Part shown: positions 30,260 through 39,543 of the stretch, one piece after another | How positions within the stretch are numbered: position 1 is the first letter of the stretch | Layout of the letters: the number at the start of each line of letters is the position of its first letter | From: a virus | Length of the DNA: 64,000 nt | Direction: 5' to 3' (one strand) | Virus record (IMG/VR): IMGVR_UViG_3300042474_001185 | Location: 15,838 to 79,837 of that record | Made by a program: the position numbers and the translations under genes | The notes under the pieces: generated by a model | Databases searched by the model: none | What the model saw: the letters and a program-made list of their open reading frames with translations, nothing else | Told to the model about the DNA's origin: nothing

Positions 30260-31705
30260 ATGGCTAGTGGATATGTTAGTTGGACAACACCTGATGGTAA
30301 TTCACCTAACCCAGTTTATATAGATGATACAAATAAAAGTGTAGAATTTTCTGCAAGAGAAGATGTAGCACCTTATACAATCACTAGGCCAGTCGGTTCA
30401 GTAATTTACACATTATCAAATTTAGGAATTATTAATGGTTTTCAATGTTATAGATATGCGGTATATGTAACAGCAACTACAACAACTACAACAACTACAA
30501 CTGAACCACCTGAAATAACTTTAACTACTGTTGGTAGTTGTACTGGTATTGGAATAGAGGGTACTGGTAGAGTAGTAGCAAGTGGATTTAGTGGCGGTAG
30601 TGGTACATACTCTACTATAAGAATTGGTACATCTATGGAAAACGCATTTGATGCAACTCCAATTAATTTAAGTGGAGCTACGTCATACCAATTTGATAAT
30701 TTAAATAGTGCGGTATGGTTTGTATTAGTAACAGATAGTGCTGGTTATCAGGGATATGCTAGACAGATTATAAATTGTACAAACACAACAACAACAGCTG
30801 GGCCAACATCAACTACTACTGAAGCATCAACAACAACTACAACATCTACATCAACAACATCTACATCAACTACAACAACTACGGGAGCACCGCTATCATT
30901 TAATCTTGCATTTGATGCTAGTTCAGGTACAACCGCATGTAGTAATTATCCTGCAACTAATACGGCTCTTAGATACGCATATTATACTGCAACTTTAGGA
31001 AATGGAATACAATTATTTACATCTACTGCACTAAGTACTGCTGTTGCAAACGGATACTATTCAAATGGTACGAACTATTGGTTAGCTACATCTGGTATAT
31101 TGAATTCTCAAGTATCTTGTACTAACCCTTGTGGATTTAATGGAGGAACTGCTGTATATACGGCACCAACAACTACAACTACTACAACCGCAGCACCAAC
31201 AACAACAACTGCAGCACCAACAACAACTACTGCAGCACCAACAACAACTACTGCAGCACCAACAACTACAACCGCAGCACCAACAACAACTACTGCGGCT
31301 CCAACTACAACTACTGCGGCTCCAACTACAACTACTGCAGCACCAACAACAACTACTGCAGCACCAACAACAACTACGGCAGCACCAACTACAACTACTG
31401 CAGCACCAACAACTACAACCGCAGCACCATCGTTTACAACATACAATATAGGACCAGATTACGCAAATGCTACATCAGCTTGTACTTCGTTTTCTATGGA
31501 TTTCCATACAGAAGTATATGCAGCGGAAGCTGCTCCAGCTTTAGTTACACGATTCTACACAGATACTGCATTGACAGTAGGATTTGTGGGTTCATCAGAC
31601 TTTTATGCATGGGCTTTAGCGCCAGAAAGTACAACACCATTTGTTAATGGACAAGTTAGCTCATTAGGAAATGTAAGTAATATCACAGGATGTGCTGGTA
31701 TCTAA
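30260..31705 (+). CDS. mucin-like Thr-rich putative virion protein
   Basis: poly-Thr tracts and 11 x AAPTTTT separating small Cys-flanked beta domains. Confidence 0.75.
   Translation: MASGYVSWTTPDGNSPNPVYIDDTNKSVEFSAREDVAPYTITRPVGSVIYTLSNLGIINGFQCYRYAVYVTATTTTTTTTTEPPEITLTTVGSCTGIGIEGTGRVVASGFSGGSGTYSTIRIGTSMENAFDATPINLSGATSYQFDNLNSAVWFVLVTDSAGYQGYARQIINCTNTTTTAGPTSTTTEASTTTTTSTSTTSTSTTTTTGAPLSFNLAFDASSGTTACSNYPATNTALRYAYYTATLGNGIQLFTSTALSTAVANGYYSNGTNYWLATSGILNSQVSCTNPCGFNGGTAVYTAPTTTTTTTAAPTTTTAAPTTTTAAPTTTTAAPTTTTAAPTTTTAAPTTTTAAPTTTTAAPTTTTAAPTTTTAAPTTTTAAPTTTTAAPSFTTYNIGPDYANATSACTSFSMDFHTEVYAAEAAPALVTRFYTDTALTVGFVGSSDFYAWALAPESTTPFVNGQVSSLGNVSNITGCAGI
31190..31429 (+). repeat. 21-bp coding tandem repeat, (AAPTTTT)x11 plus AAP
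   Basis: gcagcaccaacaacaactact-type units, 231 bp from first to last AAP start, synonymous variation only. Confidence 0.95.
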
Positions 31706-31765
31706 TAATGATTGTTATTACACATGTAGTATATAAAATAAAAAATGAAATAATTATAAAATAGA

Positions 31766-32635
31766 ATGAATGTAACGATAACATATACTTCACTTGGTGT
31801 GGATTCTGGATTTAATTATAATCTAACAGCAAATGTAGGTTCAGTAACACCATCAACTGCAACAAAAACGGAATTGTTAGCTGGTAAACTTGTGACTGTT
31901 GATGATACTGCTACTAATGTTACTATTACATCTACGGGAACTTGTACTAACGCAAGTACGTTAAGTATAACAGGTATCCCAACAACTACTACAACCACAA
32001 CTACAACAACGACAACAACTACAACAACTACAACAACTACGGCAGCACCAACTACAACAACCGCCGCACCAACAACTACAACCGCAGCACCAACAACAAC
32101 TACTGCAGCACCAACTACTACAACGGCAGCTCCATTAAATCAAGTAAACTATGGATATGATGCTTCCGATCCTGATGTGGCTTGTACAAATTTTGAAACC
32201 TTTACTTTTTTCGCATTGTTTAATAATAATAATGACCCTTCTGCAAATGGTGTAATTGTGTGGACAAATAACAACGGAACTGGAACTCCTGCTAATGGAT
32301 ATTATGCTAGAGGTGGTAATGTATGGTATATGACTGGTGGAGTATTAGGAAGTCAAGCAGTATGTTATAGTGGAACACCTACAACTACTACAACCGCAGC
32401 TCCAACTACAACCGCAGCACCACCACAAGATTATTATGATTATGAAAGATGTGTTAATCCAAATGCATATGAGGGTGGAATTTATAGTATTGGCTTAAAT
32501 TCGGGAGATTCGCCACCATCAACAATTTTAGTGAGTGGAGATTGTCATAGTATAGTATCATACACACCATCGGCATTTGCTAGTTATACAACCCCTGTAT
32601 ATAGCATACCATCACCTGCGTGTGCTTGTATATAA
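31766..32635 (+). CDS. second mucin-like Thr-rich putative virion protein
   Basis: T20 run, 4 x AAPTTTT and a Cys-flanked NGYY domain shared with the upstream protein. Confidence 0.75.
   Translation: MNVTITYTSLGVDSGFNYNLTANVGSVTPSTATKTELLAGKLVTVDDTATNVTITSTGTCTNASTLSITGIPTTTTTTTTTTTTTTTTTTTTAAPTTTTAAPTTTTAAPTTTTAAPTTTTAAPLNQVNYGYDASDPDVACTNFETFTFFALFNNNNDPSANGVIVWTNNNGTGTPANGYYARGGNVWYMTGGVLGSQAVCYSGTPTTTTTAAPTTTAAPPQDYYDYERCVNPNAYEGGIYSIGLNSGDSPPSTILVSGDCHSIVSYTPSAFASYTTPVYSIPSPACACI
31982..32134 (+). repeat. poly-Thr (20 codons) plus (AAPTTTT)x4
   Basis: ACN codon run followed by 21-bp units. Confidence 0.9.
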
Positions 32636-32681
32636 AATTAAAAATATTAATATAAGATAATTATATATACAAATAAAGGTT

Positions 32682-33626
32682 ATGAAGAATTTACGTTTCG
32701 TATGTGCTCAACCCGCAATTCCATATTACACTTGGCAGGTTGAAGTAATGATACACAATTTTATTGAAATGGGAGTTAATCCAAACAATATGGATATAGT
32801 TTGTTATGCGGCAAATGGAATAGTACCTCCTGATTGGAGAAAGTTAGCAGACAAATACAACTATGTTAGATTTTTCTTTTATGATGATACAAGACGAAAT
32901 AGAGGATATACATCATCCATAAGACCTAATATATTAAAACAACATTGGAAAGCTAGACCTGAAATACATGATGATGTAATTTTTTATCATGATTGTGATA
33001 TTGCCTTCACAAAACCAATTGGAGAATGGATAACGGACGAAATGATTAATGATAATAATTGGTATGGTTCGGATTGTAGATGGTACATATCTTATTCTTA
33101 TATAAAATCAAAAGGAAATGATGTATTAAGTGCTATGTGTTCACTAATGGAAATTGATGAAAAGGTTGTTGAAGATAATGAACTAAATGGAATTGGTGCA
33201 CAATATATAATGAAAGGTATATCCGAAAAATATTGGGAAACAATAGAAATGGATTGTGAAAAGTTATTTGTTAATATTACAGAGTTAAATAGAATTAAAG
33301 TAGAACAAGACCCAACACACCATTCATTACAAATATGGTGTGCTGATATGTGGGCTGTTTTATGGAACGCTTGGAAGATGGGATATAAAACAATATGTCA
33401 TCCTAATTTAGAATTCAGCTGGGCAACATCTCCTGAAAATTTATGGGATAAATGTAATATATTTCATAACGCAGGTGCTACAACTTCAAAGGATGGATTG
33501 TTTTACAAAGCAGAATATATGAACAAATTACCATATAATGAAAATTTAAATATTAAAGAAGGAACTACTTCATATGAGTATTGGAAACTAATACAAAAAA
33601 CAGCAAAAAAATCAGTATTGATATGA
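32682..33626 (+). CDS. GT-A glycosyltransferase resembling plant peptide O-glycosyltransferases (GT95 HPAT / GT96 SERGT)
   Basis: ordered motifs YYTWQ, YxSSIRP, YHDCD, GAQYIM, WCADMWA..NAWKMG, IFHN. Confidence 0.6.
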   Translation: MKNLRFVCAQPAIPYYTWQVEVMIHNFIEMGVNPNNMDIVCYAANGIVPPDWRKLADKYNYVRFFFYDDTRRNRGYTSSIRPNILKQHWKARPEIHDDVIFYHDCDIAFTKPIGEWITDEMINDNNWYGSDCRWYISYSYIKSKGNDVLSAMCSLMEIDEKVVEDNELNGIGAQYIMKGISEKYWETIEMDCEKLFVNITELNRIKVEQDPTHHSLQIWCADMWAVLWNAWKMGYKTICHPNLEFSWATSPENLWDKCNIFHNAGATTSKDGLFYKAEYMNKLPYNENLNIKEGTTSYEYWKLIQKTAKKSVLI

Positions 33627-34588
33627 GTAAATCTTATAGTGTATTTGTTGATGATAAATATTATTATGACTTTGTAGCATTATATAATAGTTGGAAATAT
33701 TATGAAAGTAAAATCCCAATTAAAGTTTATATTGCTGGCGATTTGAGTGAAGAAAGAAGAATCGCTTTGGAAAAAATAGTAAAAGTTATTAACGTAAGTA
33801 GTGATGGTTATGGATATCCGCACTTTAAAGGAAAGTACTTATTTAAATGGATTGGCTTATCAAAGTATATGGATGATTATGAAATACTATTAGATGCCGA
33901 TACATTATTTTTATCTAATATTGATTTTCTATTTGATGAATTGGAAAAAGGAAAATTTATAGGAGCTAGAGAGCATGTAGATGTTATACACAATTCATAT
34001 GTAACCAATGATGAATGGCCAGATGAATGTATGAGAATAAGAAATCAATTGAAAAAATATATAGGCGATGTGGCTGATAATTATGTAGAAGATTTAATAA
34101 CACCAACATATAATGCAGGACTTATTGGATTTAGTAAAGTTCATCATAAATTTTTATTAGATAAATCCATAGAAATATTAACAAGTGATTTTCACACTGA
34201 TAAAAATCCAATATCACACTTAGAGCAATATATGATGAATTTATTATTACAATTATATTCAATAGATATTCATATTTTACCTCAATTAGAATGGATGAAT
34301 ACATGGCATTGGCATCTTAATCCAAAAAAGATACTAAAAATAGAAGATAGTAAATTTGCATTGTATAATGATGGAGGTAATAAAATAAATTTTTATCATT
34401 TTACAGGAGGTATTGGTTTAGTTGACCCGATTGATAAGATAATGAAACCATGCAGAATGCATCAGATATACGAATCTCAAGTCTACGAATCTCAATTTAA
34501 ACGAGACGATGTTGAGAAACTTTGGTATAGTAGATATCAAAATCCAGTAATTTTATTATACGAACACTTTGCAAATAAAGGGTTATAA
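33623..34588 (+). CDS. GT8-like glycosyltransferase
   Basis: ILLDADTLFL, YNAGL, EQYMMN, FYHFTG; ATG 33623 overlaps the upstream stop. Confidence 0.72.
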   Translation: MSKSYSVFVDDKYYYDFVALYNSWKYYESKIPIKVYIAGDLSEERRIALEKIVKVINVSSDGYGYPHFKGKYLFKWIGLSKYMDDYEILLDADTLFLSNIDFLFDELEKGKFIGAREHVDVIHNSYVTNDEWPDECMRIRNQLKKYIGDVADNYVEDLITPTYNAGLIGFSKVHHKFLLDKSIEILTSDFHTDKNPISHLEQYMMNLLLQLYSIDIHILPQLEWMNTWHWHLNPKKILKIEDSKFALYNDGGNKINFYHFTGGIGLVDPIDKIMKPCRMHQIYESQVYESQFKRDDVEKLWYSRYQNPVILLYEHFANKGL

Positions 34589-34599
34589 AACAAAAACAT

Positions 34600-35628
34600 A
34601 TGACAATAAAAGAACAATTTCAAACTTACAAAATTCATCAATTACAATTAGACCCATATGGTGTATGTAATGCTAGATGCTGGTTCTGTCCAGTAAAATA
34701 TAAAGGAAACCCAGCGGAAGGGAAAGAAGTGATGAGTGTTGAATTATTAGAAAAAATAATTAAAAATCTTATTGATGAAAGAGATAGAGAAGATGGTTTA
34801 GTACATAAACATTTTGGAGGATTTTATACAGCACATTATAACGAAATTCTTTTATATCCACACTTTGAACAATTATTACAAATCTGCCAAAAATATAGAT
34901 TATGTTTTATGGTATTATCCAATGGAGTTCCTTTGACTCCTGACAAGGTTGATTTAATTGTAAAATACAAAGGTGTTGTAAATGGTATATGTCTAAATAT
35001 TCCAGCATTTGAACCTGAAGTTTGGAGTTTAAGAAGTGGTATAAACATAAAGCAATTTGATAAACTAATATCTAATGTAAAATATGCTATGGAACAACTA
35101 CCTGATATGGTACAAAACAAATCATTCTCAATTCAAATAAATGGTTCTAGTGAACATTCTTTTAGTGATAAGGGTGGTTGGTTAGATAAGGGTATTGAAT
35201 TTCCAACTGATATAGATTTGGACCCAGTTACTGGTGAGTTAGCTAAGCAAACCCAAATAGCTAAAAATTTATTTGAAGGTTTACAAATATATCCATGTGC
35301 ATCTTTAATTGATAGAGCTGGTTTGTTGGACCATATAATGACTAATAAAGAAGCAATAAAAAGAAACTTACAGCATGGAGATGAAACTAAAAAAGTTATT
35401 GGATGTGGTAATGGTAGAGAAGTAGGTGGTAGACCTGTTGGTTGGATTCATGTAAACGCAGCGGGTAAAGTATTCCTTTGTTGTAATGACTATGATATGG
35501 AAGTTCAGTTTGGAGATTTTAAAACGCAAGAATTAAGTGAATTCTGGGGAAGTACAGAGCACCAAAGAAAAGTGCAAAAATCATACGATACGATTTGTAG
35601 AGGATGTGCTTCGGCTATTTTTGAATAA
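34600..35628 (+). CDS. radical SAM protein with SPASM/twitch-type C-terminus
   Basis: CNARCWFC (CxxxCxxC), SNG, C-terminal C...CCND...CRGC. Confidence 0.9.
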   Translation: MTIKEQFQTYKIHQLQLDPYGVCNARCWFCPVKYKGNPAEGKEVMSVELLEKIIKNLIDERDREDGLVHKHFGGFYTAHYNEILLYPHFEQLLQICQKYRLCFMVLSNGVPLTPDKVDLIVKYKGVVNGICLNIPAFEPEVWSLRSGINIKQFDKLISNVKYAMEQLPDMVQNKSFSIQINGSSEHSFSDKGGWLDKGIEFPTDIDLDPVTGELAKQTQIAKNLFEGLQIYPCASLIDRAGLLDHIMTNKEAIKRNLQHGDETKKVIGCGNGREVGGRPVGWIHVNAAGKVFLCCNDYDMEVQFGDFKTQELSEFWGSTEHQRKVQKSYDTICRGCASAIFE

Positions 35629-35660
35629 TTAAAAAAATAATACTTATAAAAAACTAAGTT

Positions 35661-36131
35661 ATGATATATTGGTTTACGGGTCAACCCGGTGCAGGTAAGA
35701 CGGTATTAGGTACTAAGTTAAAAGACTTTTTACAAACCGAAAAGAGAAATTGGAGAAAGGATGTATTCCATATTGACGGAGATGATTTAAGAGAATTGAC
35801 TCTTAATAAAGATTACACAGAACAAGGTAGAATTCAAAACATTAAGAATGCACAATTATTAGCATATTTCCTACAAGCTAATGAGTGTGATGTTGTTGTT
35901 TCTTTAGTCGCACCATATAAAGAATTAAGAGAGGAATTTAAAAAAATATGTGCGGATAATATAATTGAAATTTATGTTCATACTAATCGTAAAAGACAAA
36001 GAGAACAATTTAAAGTAGAGGGATACGAAGCACCTGAAACGAACTTCTTTGATATGGATACAACATCTGATAATCCAACACAATCTTTTACAAAATTAAT
36101 ACATCACTTAAGAGAAATAGATAAATTATAA
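35661..36131 (+). CDS. cysC: adenylyl-sulfate (APS) kinase
   Basis: WFTGQPGAGKT, IDGDDLR, VSLVAPY, YEAP. Confidence 0.85.
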   Translation: MIYWFTGQPGAGKTVLGTKLKDFLQTEKRNWRKDVFHIDGDDLRELTLNKDYTEQGRIQNIKNAQLLAYFLQANECDVVVSLVAPYKELREEFKKICADNIIEIYVHTNRKRQREQFKVEGYEAPETNFFDMDTTSDNPTQSFTKLIHHLREIDKL

Positions 36132-36135
36132 AGTT

Positions 36136-36495
36136 ATGAAAAAATACGCAATGTACATTGGAAGATGGCAAAATTGGCACAAAGGACATGAGTGGTTAAT
36201 AAACCAACAATTAGAAAAAGGTAAAAACGTTTGGGTAGCAATTAGAGATGTTCAGCAAGATGAGAACAATCCAAAGACGGCTCAACAAATCCTAAAAGAA
36301 TTATCAGCAGAACCATTTTTTACAAACAATTTTGATAAGATTTTGTTATCTATTATTCCTGATATTGAATCGGTGAACTATGGCAGAGGTGTAGGATATG
36401 ATGTAATTTATCACGAACCACCTGCAGATGTAGCTGTAATTAGTGGTACTGCTATCCGTAATGGAGAAATGAAATCAGATGGTAGTTCAACGTAA
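36136..36495 (+). CDS. small HxGH nucleotidyltransferase (cytidylyltransferase-like)
   Basis: GRWQNWHKGH and ISGTAIR motifs. Confidence 0.75.
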   Translation: MKKYAMYIGRWQNWHKGHEWLINQQLEKGKNVWVAIRDVQQDENNPKTAQQILKELSAEPFFTNNFDKILLSIIPDIESVNYGRGVGYDVIYHEPPADVAVISGTAIRNGEMKSDGSST

Positions 36496-36688
36496 GAGAC
36501 ATATAGCTAAGACCATCTCATATCGTATTTTAAGTACGCTTATAGGGTTTTGTATAATGTGGTGGGTAAGTGGTTCAATCAAAGTTGGAGCGGCATTTGG
36601 GGTAGCAGAATTGATTTATAAACCCATCCAATACTACATTCACGAAAGAATTTGGTATAAGTGGATAAAATATGGATTGAAAAAATAA
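36479..36688 (+). CDS. DUF2061-like small membrane protein
   Basis: RHIAKTISYR...YYIHERIW. Confidence 0.8.
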   Translation: MVVQRKRHIAKTISYRILSTLIGFCIMWWVSGSIKVGAAFGVAELIYKPIQYYIHERIWYKWIKYGLKK

Positions 36689-36733
36689 AATTGATATACT
36701 TATATGTAGAAATACAAAATAGTATATCAATTT
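36688..36733 (+). promoter_or_regulatory. 13-bp perfect inverted repeat overlapping a putative late promoter and the start region of the HNH-like gene
   Basis: AAATTGATATACT (36688-36700) / AGTATATCAATTT (36721-36733); ATACTTATA at 36696-36704. Confidence 0.65.
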
Positions 36734-36739
36734 AGTTAT

Positions 36740-37300
36740 ATGGAAGATGAAGAAGTAAAAGGGTTTCCTAATTTTGACCCAACGAAAGATTTATCATTAG
36801 CACCTCAAAAGAGAACAAAGAGAGGATTGGGTGCTAGACCTTTATTAGAAAGTGAAATAAAGGCTATACAAAAGAAAGCCCGTTCAGCGGCTGAAGCAGC
36901 AAGATTATTAGGTGTATCGTACAACACATACAAAAAGTACGCAAGAGAATATAAAGTATTTGATGATTTAAAGAATCCATCTGGTATTGGTATTCGTAAA
37001 GGTACTCAAACTAGTGGTGGATTCCATGCATTGGATGATGTATTAAATGGAAAATATCCGAATTACCCAGTTTGGAAATTAAAAAAGAGATTATTACTTA
37101 ATTCATATATGGAAGAAAAGTGTAATAATTGTGGATTTTGTGAAAGGAGGGTAACAGACCATAGAGTTCCATTGATTTTGGACTTTTTGGATGGAAATCG
37201 TAAGAATTTCGCATATGAAAACCTTAGAATGTTATGTTTTAACTGTTCGTTCCTAATAAATGGAAATCTTACAGGTCCTAGAAAAGAATATGAGTATTAA
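36740..37300 (+). CDS. HTH plus degenerate HNH zinc-finger protein
   Basis: SAAEAARLLGVSYNTY helix-turn-helix; CNNC...LDFLDGNRKNFAYENLRMLCFNC. Confidence 0.75.
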   Translation: MEDEEVKGFPNFDPTKDLSLAPQKRTKRGLGARPLLESEIKAIQKKARSAAEAARLLGVSYNTYKKYAREYKVFDDLKNPSGIGIRKGTQTSGGFHALDDVLNGKYPNYPVWKLKKRLLLNSYMEEKCNNCGFCERRVTDHRVPLILDFLDGNRKNFAYENLRMLCFNCSFLINGNLTGPRKEYEY

Positions 37301-37332
37301 TTTGGTAGATTCAGAAAATTATCGTATATTTA
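37301..37332 (+). promoter_or_regulatory. Bacteroidota-type promoter
   Basis: TTTG-N20-TATATTTA. Confidence 0.8.
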
Positions 37333-37359
37333 CATAAATCAAATTTAAAACAATAAATT

Positions 37360-37581
37360 ATGGCAAAGTATTTTGAAGTTACAGTGACCGTTCAACACGA
37401 AGTAGATGGCGGCAAAGGTGGTACAAAAATTAAGAAAGTAAAAGAAAGTTATTTAGTAGATGCTATGACCGTTACGGAAGCAGAAGCTAGAGTAGTTAAA
37501 GAATTCGAATCAGCAGGTGTAAGCTTAGAGTATGAAGTATCAGCTGCAAGAGAATCTAAAATCTTACAAGTAATTCAATAA
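37360..37581 (+). CDS. DUF4494-like protein (Bacteroidota family)
   Basis: KKVKESYLVDAMTVTEAEARV. Confidence 0.75.
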   Translation: MAKYFEVTVTVQHEVDGGKGGTKIKKVKESYLVDAMTVTEAEARVVKEFESAGVSLEYEVSAARESKILQVIQ

Positions 37582-37838
37582 TGGGAATCGAAACAAAAAT
37601 CGAAGAAGTTAAAGAAGTAATAATGAAAAGAGTTCCACCGGGTGATAGATGGTCACCTGTGGATTCTCCTTCTGTTACTTTGGATAGTTTGACTGATGCA
37701 TTGGAATATCATTTCCAAAACACAGGCCAAACTGAATTTTTCTTGTCTGCTAGAAAGGGTACTGTAGAGGTTATCCACAAACAAGAAGTTAAATTTGAGA
37801 AACCTGTTAAAAGGTATTCTCTATATGATGAGGATTAA
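37581..37838 (+). CDS. hypothetical protein
   Basis: 85 aa coupled ORF. Confidence 0.65.
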   Translation: MGIETKIEEVKEVIMKRVPPGDRWSPVDSPSVTLDSLTDALEYHFQNTGQTEFFLSARKGTVEVIHKQEVKFEKPVKRYSLYDED

Positions 37839-37899
37839 AAATCGTTATGTTTACTAAAAAACATAATACTTATATAAATAACATAAAAAACAAACAATT

Positions 37900-38151
37900 A
37901 TGAGTACATTCGCTATCGTAGTATTGGTTATCGCAATCGGTGCCGTTGCTACATTTATCGCTATGAAAAAGGGTACAATCGCAGACGCAAACAACAACAA
38001 CATTCCAGATGCAATTGAAGAAAAAGTTGCTGAAGTAAAAGAAGTTGCTAAGAAAGTAAAAGCAGTTGCTGAAAAAGCTACTAAAGTTGCAAAGACCGTT
38101 GTAGTAGAAAAGAAAGCTACAAAGAAGCCAGCAGCTAAGAAAACAAAATAG
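37900..38151 (+). CDS. membrane-anchored Lys/Ala-rich protein
   Basis: N-terminal TM helix, DANNNNIPD, KKATKKPAAKKTK tail. Confidence 0.75.
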   Translation: MSTFAIVVLVIAIGAVATFIAMKKGTIADANNNNIPDAIEEKVAEVKEVAKKVKAVAEKATKVAKTVVVEKKATKKPAAKKTK

Positions 38152-38208
38152 TATAGAAATATACGTCAATATGTTACGTTACACTTTACAACAAAAATGT
38201 AACAACAA

Positions 38209-38337
38209 ATGGCAAAGTCAGTAGGTTCAGCAAACAAAGTATCTTTCGGTAAAAGAAAGACTGGAAAGATTAATGGTAGAAAATCATACGGCCCTAAATC
38301 ACAAGCACCTAAGAGGTACAAAGGACAGGGGAAGTAA
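38209..38337 (+). CDS. 42-aa very basic protein (not in ORF track)
   Basis: MAKSVGSANKVSFGKRKTGKINGRKSYGPKSQAPKRYKGQGK, translated by hand; A-rich leader. Confidence 0.7.
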   Translation: MAKSVGSANKVSFGKRKTGKINGRKSYGPKSQAPKRYKGQGK

Positions 38338-38353
38338 TTAAAATAAAGAAGTT

Positions 38354-38764
38354 ATGAAAATTTGGTTATGGAGATTACTCGGACTATTGTTCGTAGGTTG
38401 CGCATACATCGGAGCTATTGTTCCTGGCGTACCTATGACAACATTTGTAATCTTAGCAGCATGGGCATTCGCTAAGAGTTCACCAAAGTTAAATCATTGG
38501 TTGCATACTCACCCAACATTCTCACCATATCTTATTAGATGGGAGGAAAAAAGCATTTATCCAACGAAAGTTAAATGGATAATGGCTATTACTATGGTTG
38601 TAAGTTATTCCATTTTACTATTCACATTACATAAACCAGCAGCACTTATTGGTATTGGTTGCTTTATGTTATTTTGGGTAGTATGGGCTTGGAGATATCC
38701 GGGTTCAGAAGAAGAATATGAGCGTAGAAAGAAAGCTGGAGAGAAAATTGGTTGGACAAAATAG
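38354..38764 (+). CDS. ybaN: YbaN/DUF454 family membrane protein
   Basis: GAIVPGVPMTTFVILAAWAFAKSSPKLNHWLHTHPTF. Confidence 0.85.
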   Translation: MKIWLWRLLGLLFVGCAYIGAIVPGVPMTTFVILAAWAFAKSSPKLNHWLHTHPTFSPYLIRWEEKSIYPTKVKWIMAITMVVSYSILLFTLHKPAALIGIGCFMLFWVVWAWRYPGSEEEYERRKKAGEKIGWTK

Positions 38765-38775
38765 TTTAATCTAAT

Positions 38776-39543
38776 ATGGAAGATGTTACACTTATCATTC
38801 AAGGAAGATTGACACAAGAAACATATGATTTTTATCTAAAGACTTGTACCAATTTTCCTGTTCTTATTTCCACATGGGTGGATTGTAAAATAGATTTCTC
38901 TAGTTTACCACCTAATTTTTTAGTAATATTATCACAAATTCCTGAAGAGCCTGGTGCTCAAAATTTTCATTATCAAACTGTTTCTACTTTAACTGCATTA
39001 GAAAGAATAAAAACAAAGTATGCAATTAAAGTGAGAGGTGATGAATTTTATTCAAATTTGCAATATATTCATAATGTATTAAGAGTAGATCCCGATAAAA
39101 TACATTCTGCTCCGGTATTTTTTAGAGCGTGGCAGTACTCGGAATATCATATATCAGACCATGTTATAGCTGGTACAACTGAAAATCTATTGATTATGTT
39201 TAGAGCATGTAAGCACAACTTTGATACTGGTAAGATGAATGTTTCAAAATGGAAAATTGATGGAAACTTTCATAAATACGTTACAACTCATGCACCCGAA
39301 GAACGAATAACTAAATCTTATTTAGATGCTAAAGCTCCTGATAAGTTTGAAAGAGTTGATGGTAGAATATTAATGAAAGAATATTTTGATATATTAGATT
39401 TAAATTTATTAAAACCATACAAAGTAAAAGCAAATTTATTTAGAGTAGAATGGTATGATAACTTCCTTCCAGAAGCAAATTATAGTATATCAACCATAGA
39501 CCAATTATTTAGTGATGACCCATATAAAATACCAAACCAATGA
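38776..39543 (+). CDS. WavE-like glycan synthesis protein
   Basis: IIQG, LISTW, KYAIKVRGD, ISDH..AGT. Confidence 0.65.
   Translation: MEDVTLIIQGRLTQETYDFYLKTCTNFPVLISTWVDCKIDFSSLPPNFLVILSQIPEEPGAQNFHYQTVSTLTALERIKTKYAIKVRGDEFYSNLQYIHNVLRVDPDKIHSAPVFFRAWQYSEYHISDHVIAGTTENLLIMFRACKHNFDTGKMNVSKWKIDGNFHKYVTTHAPEERITKSYLDAKAPDKFERVDGRILMKEYFDILDLNLLKPYKVKANLFRVEWYDNFLPEANYSISTIDQLFSDDPYKIPNQ

Noticed and set aside
31108-31451. Poly-Gln ORF (+) and poly-Val ORF (-)
   Set aside because: Alternative frames of the ACN-rich Thr repeat; variation is synonymous only in the Thr frame
36740-37300. Active homing endonuclease or mobile element
   Set aside because: Catalytic histidines are substituted and there is no intron or flanking repeat
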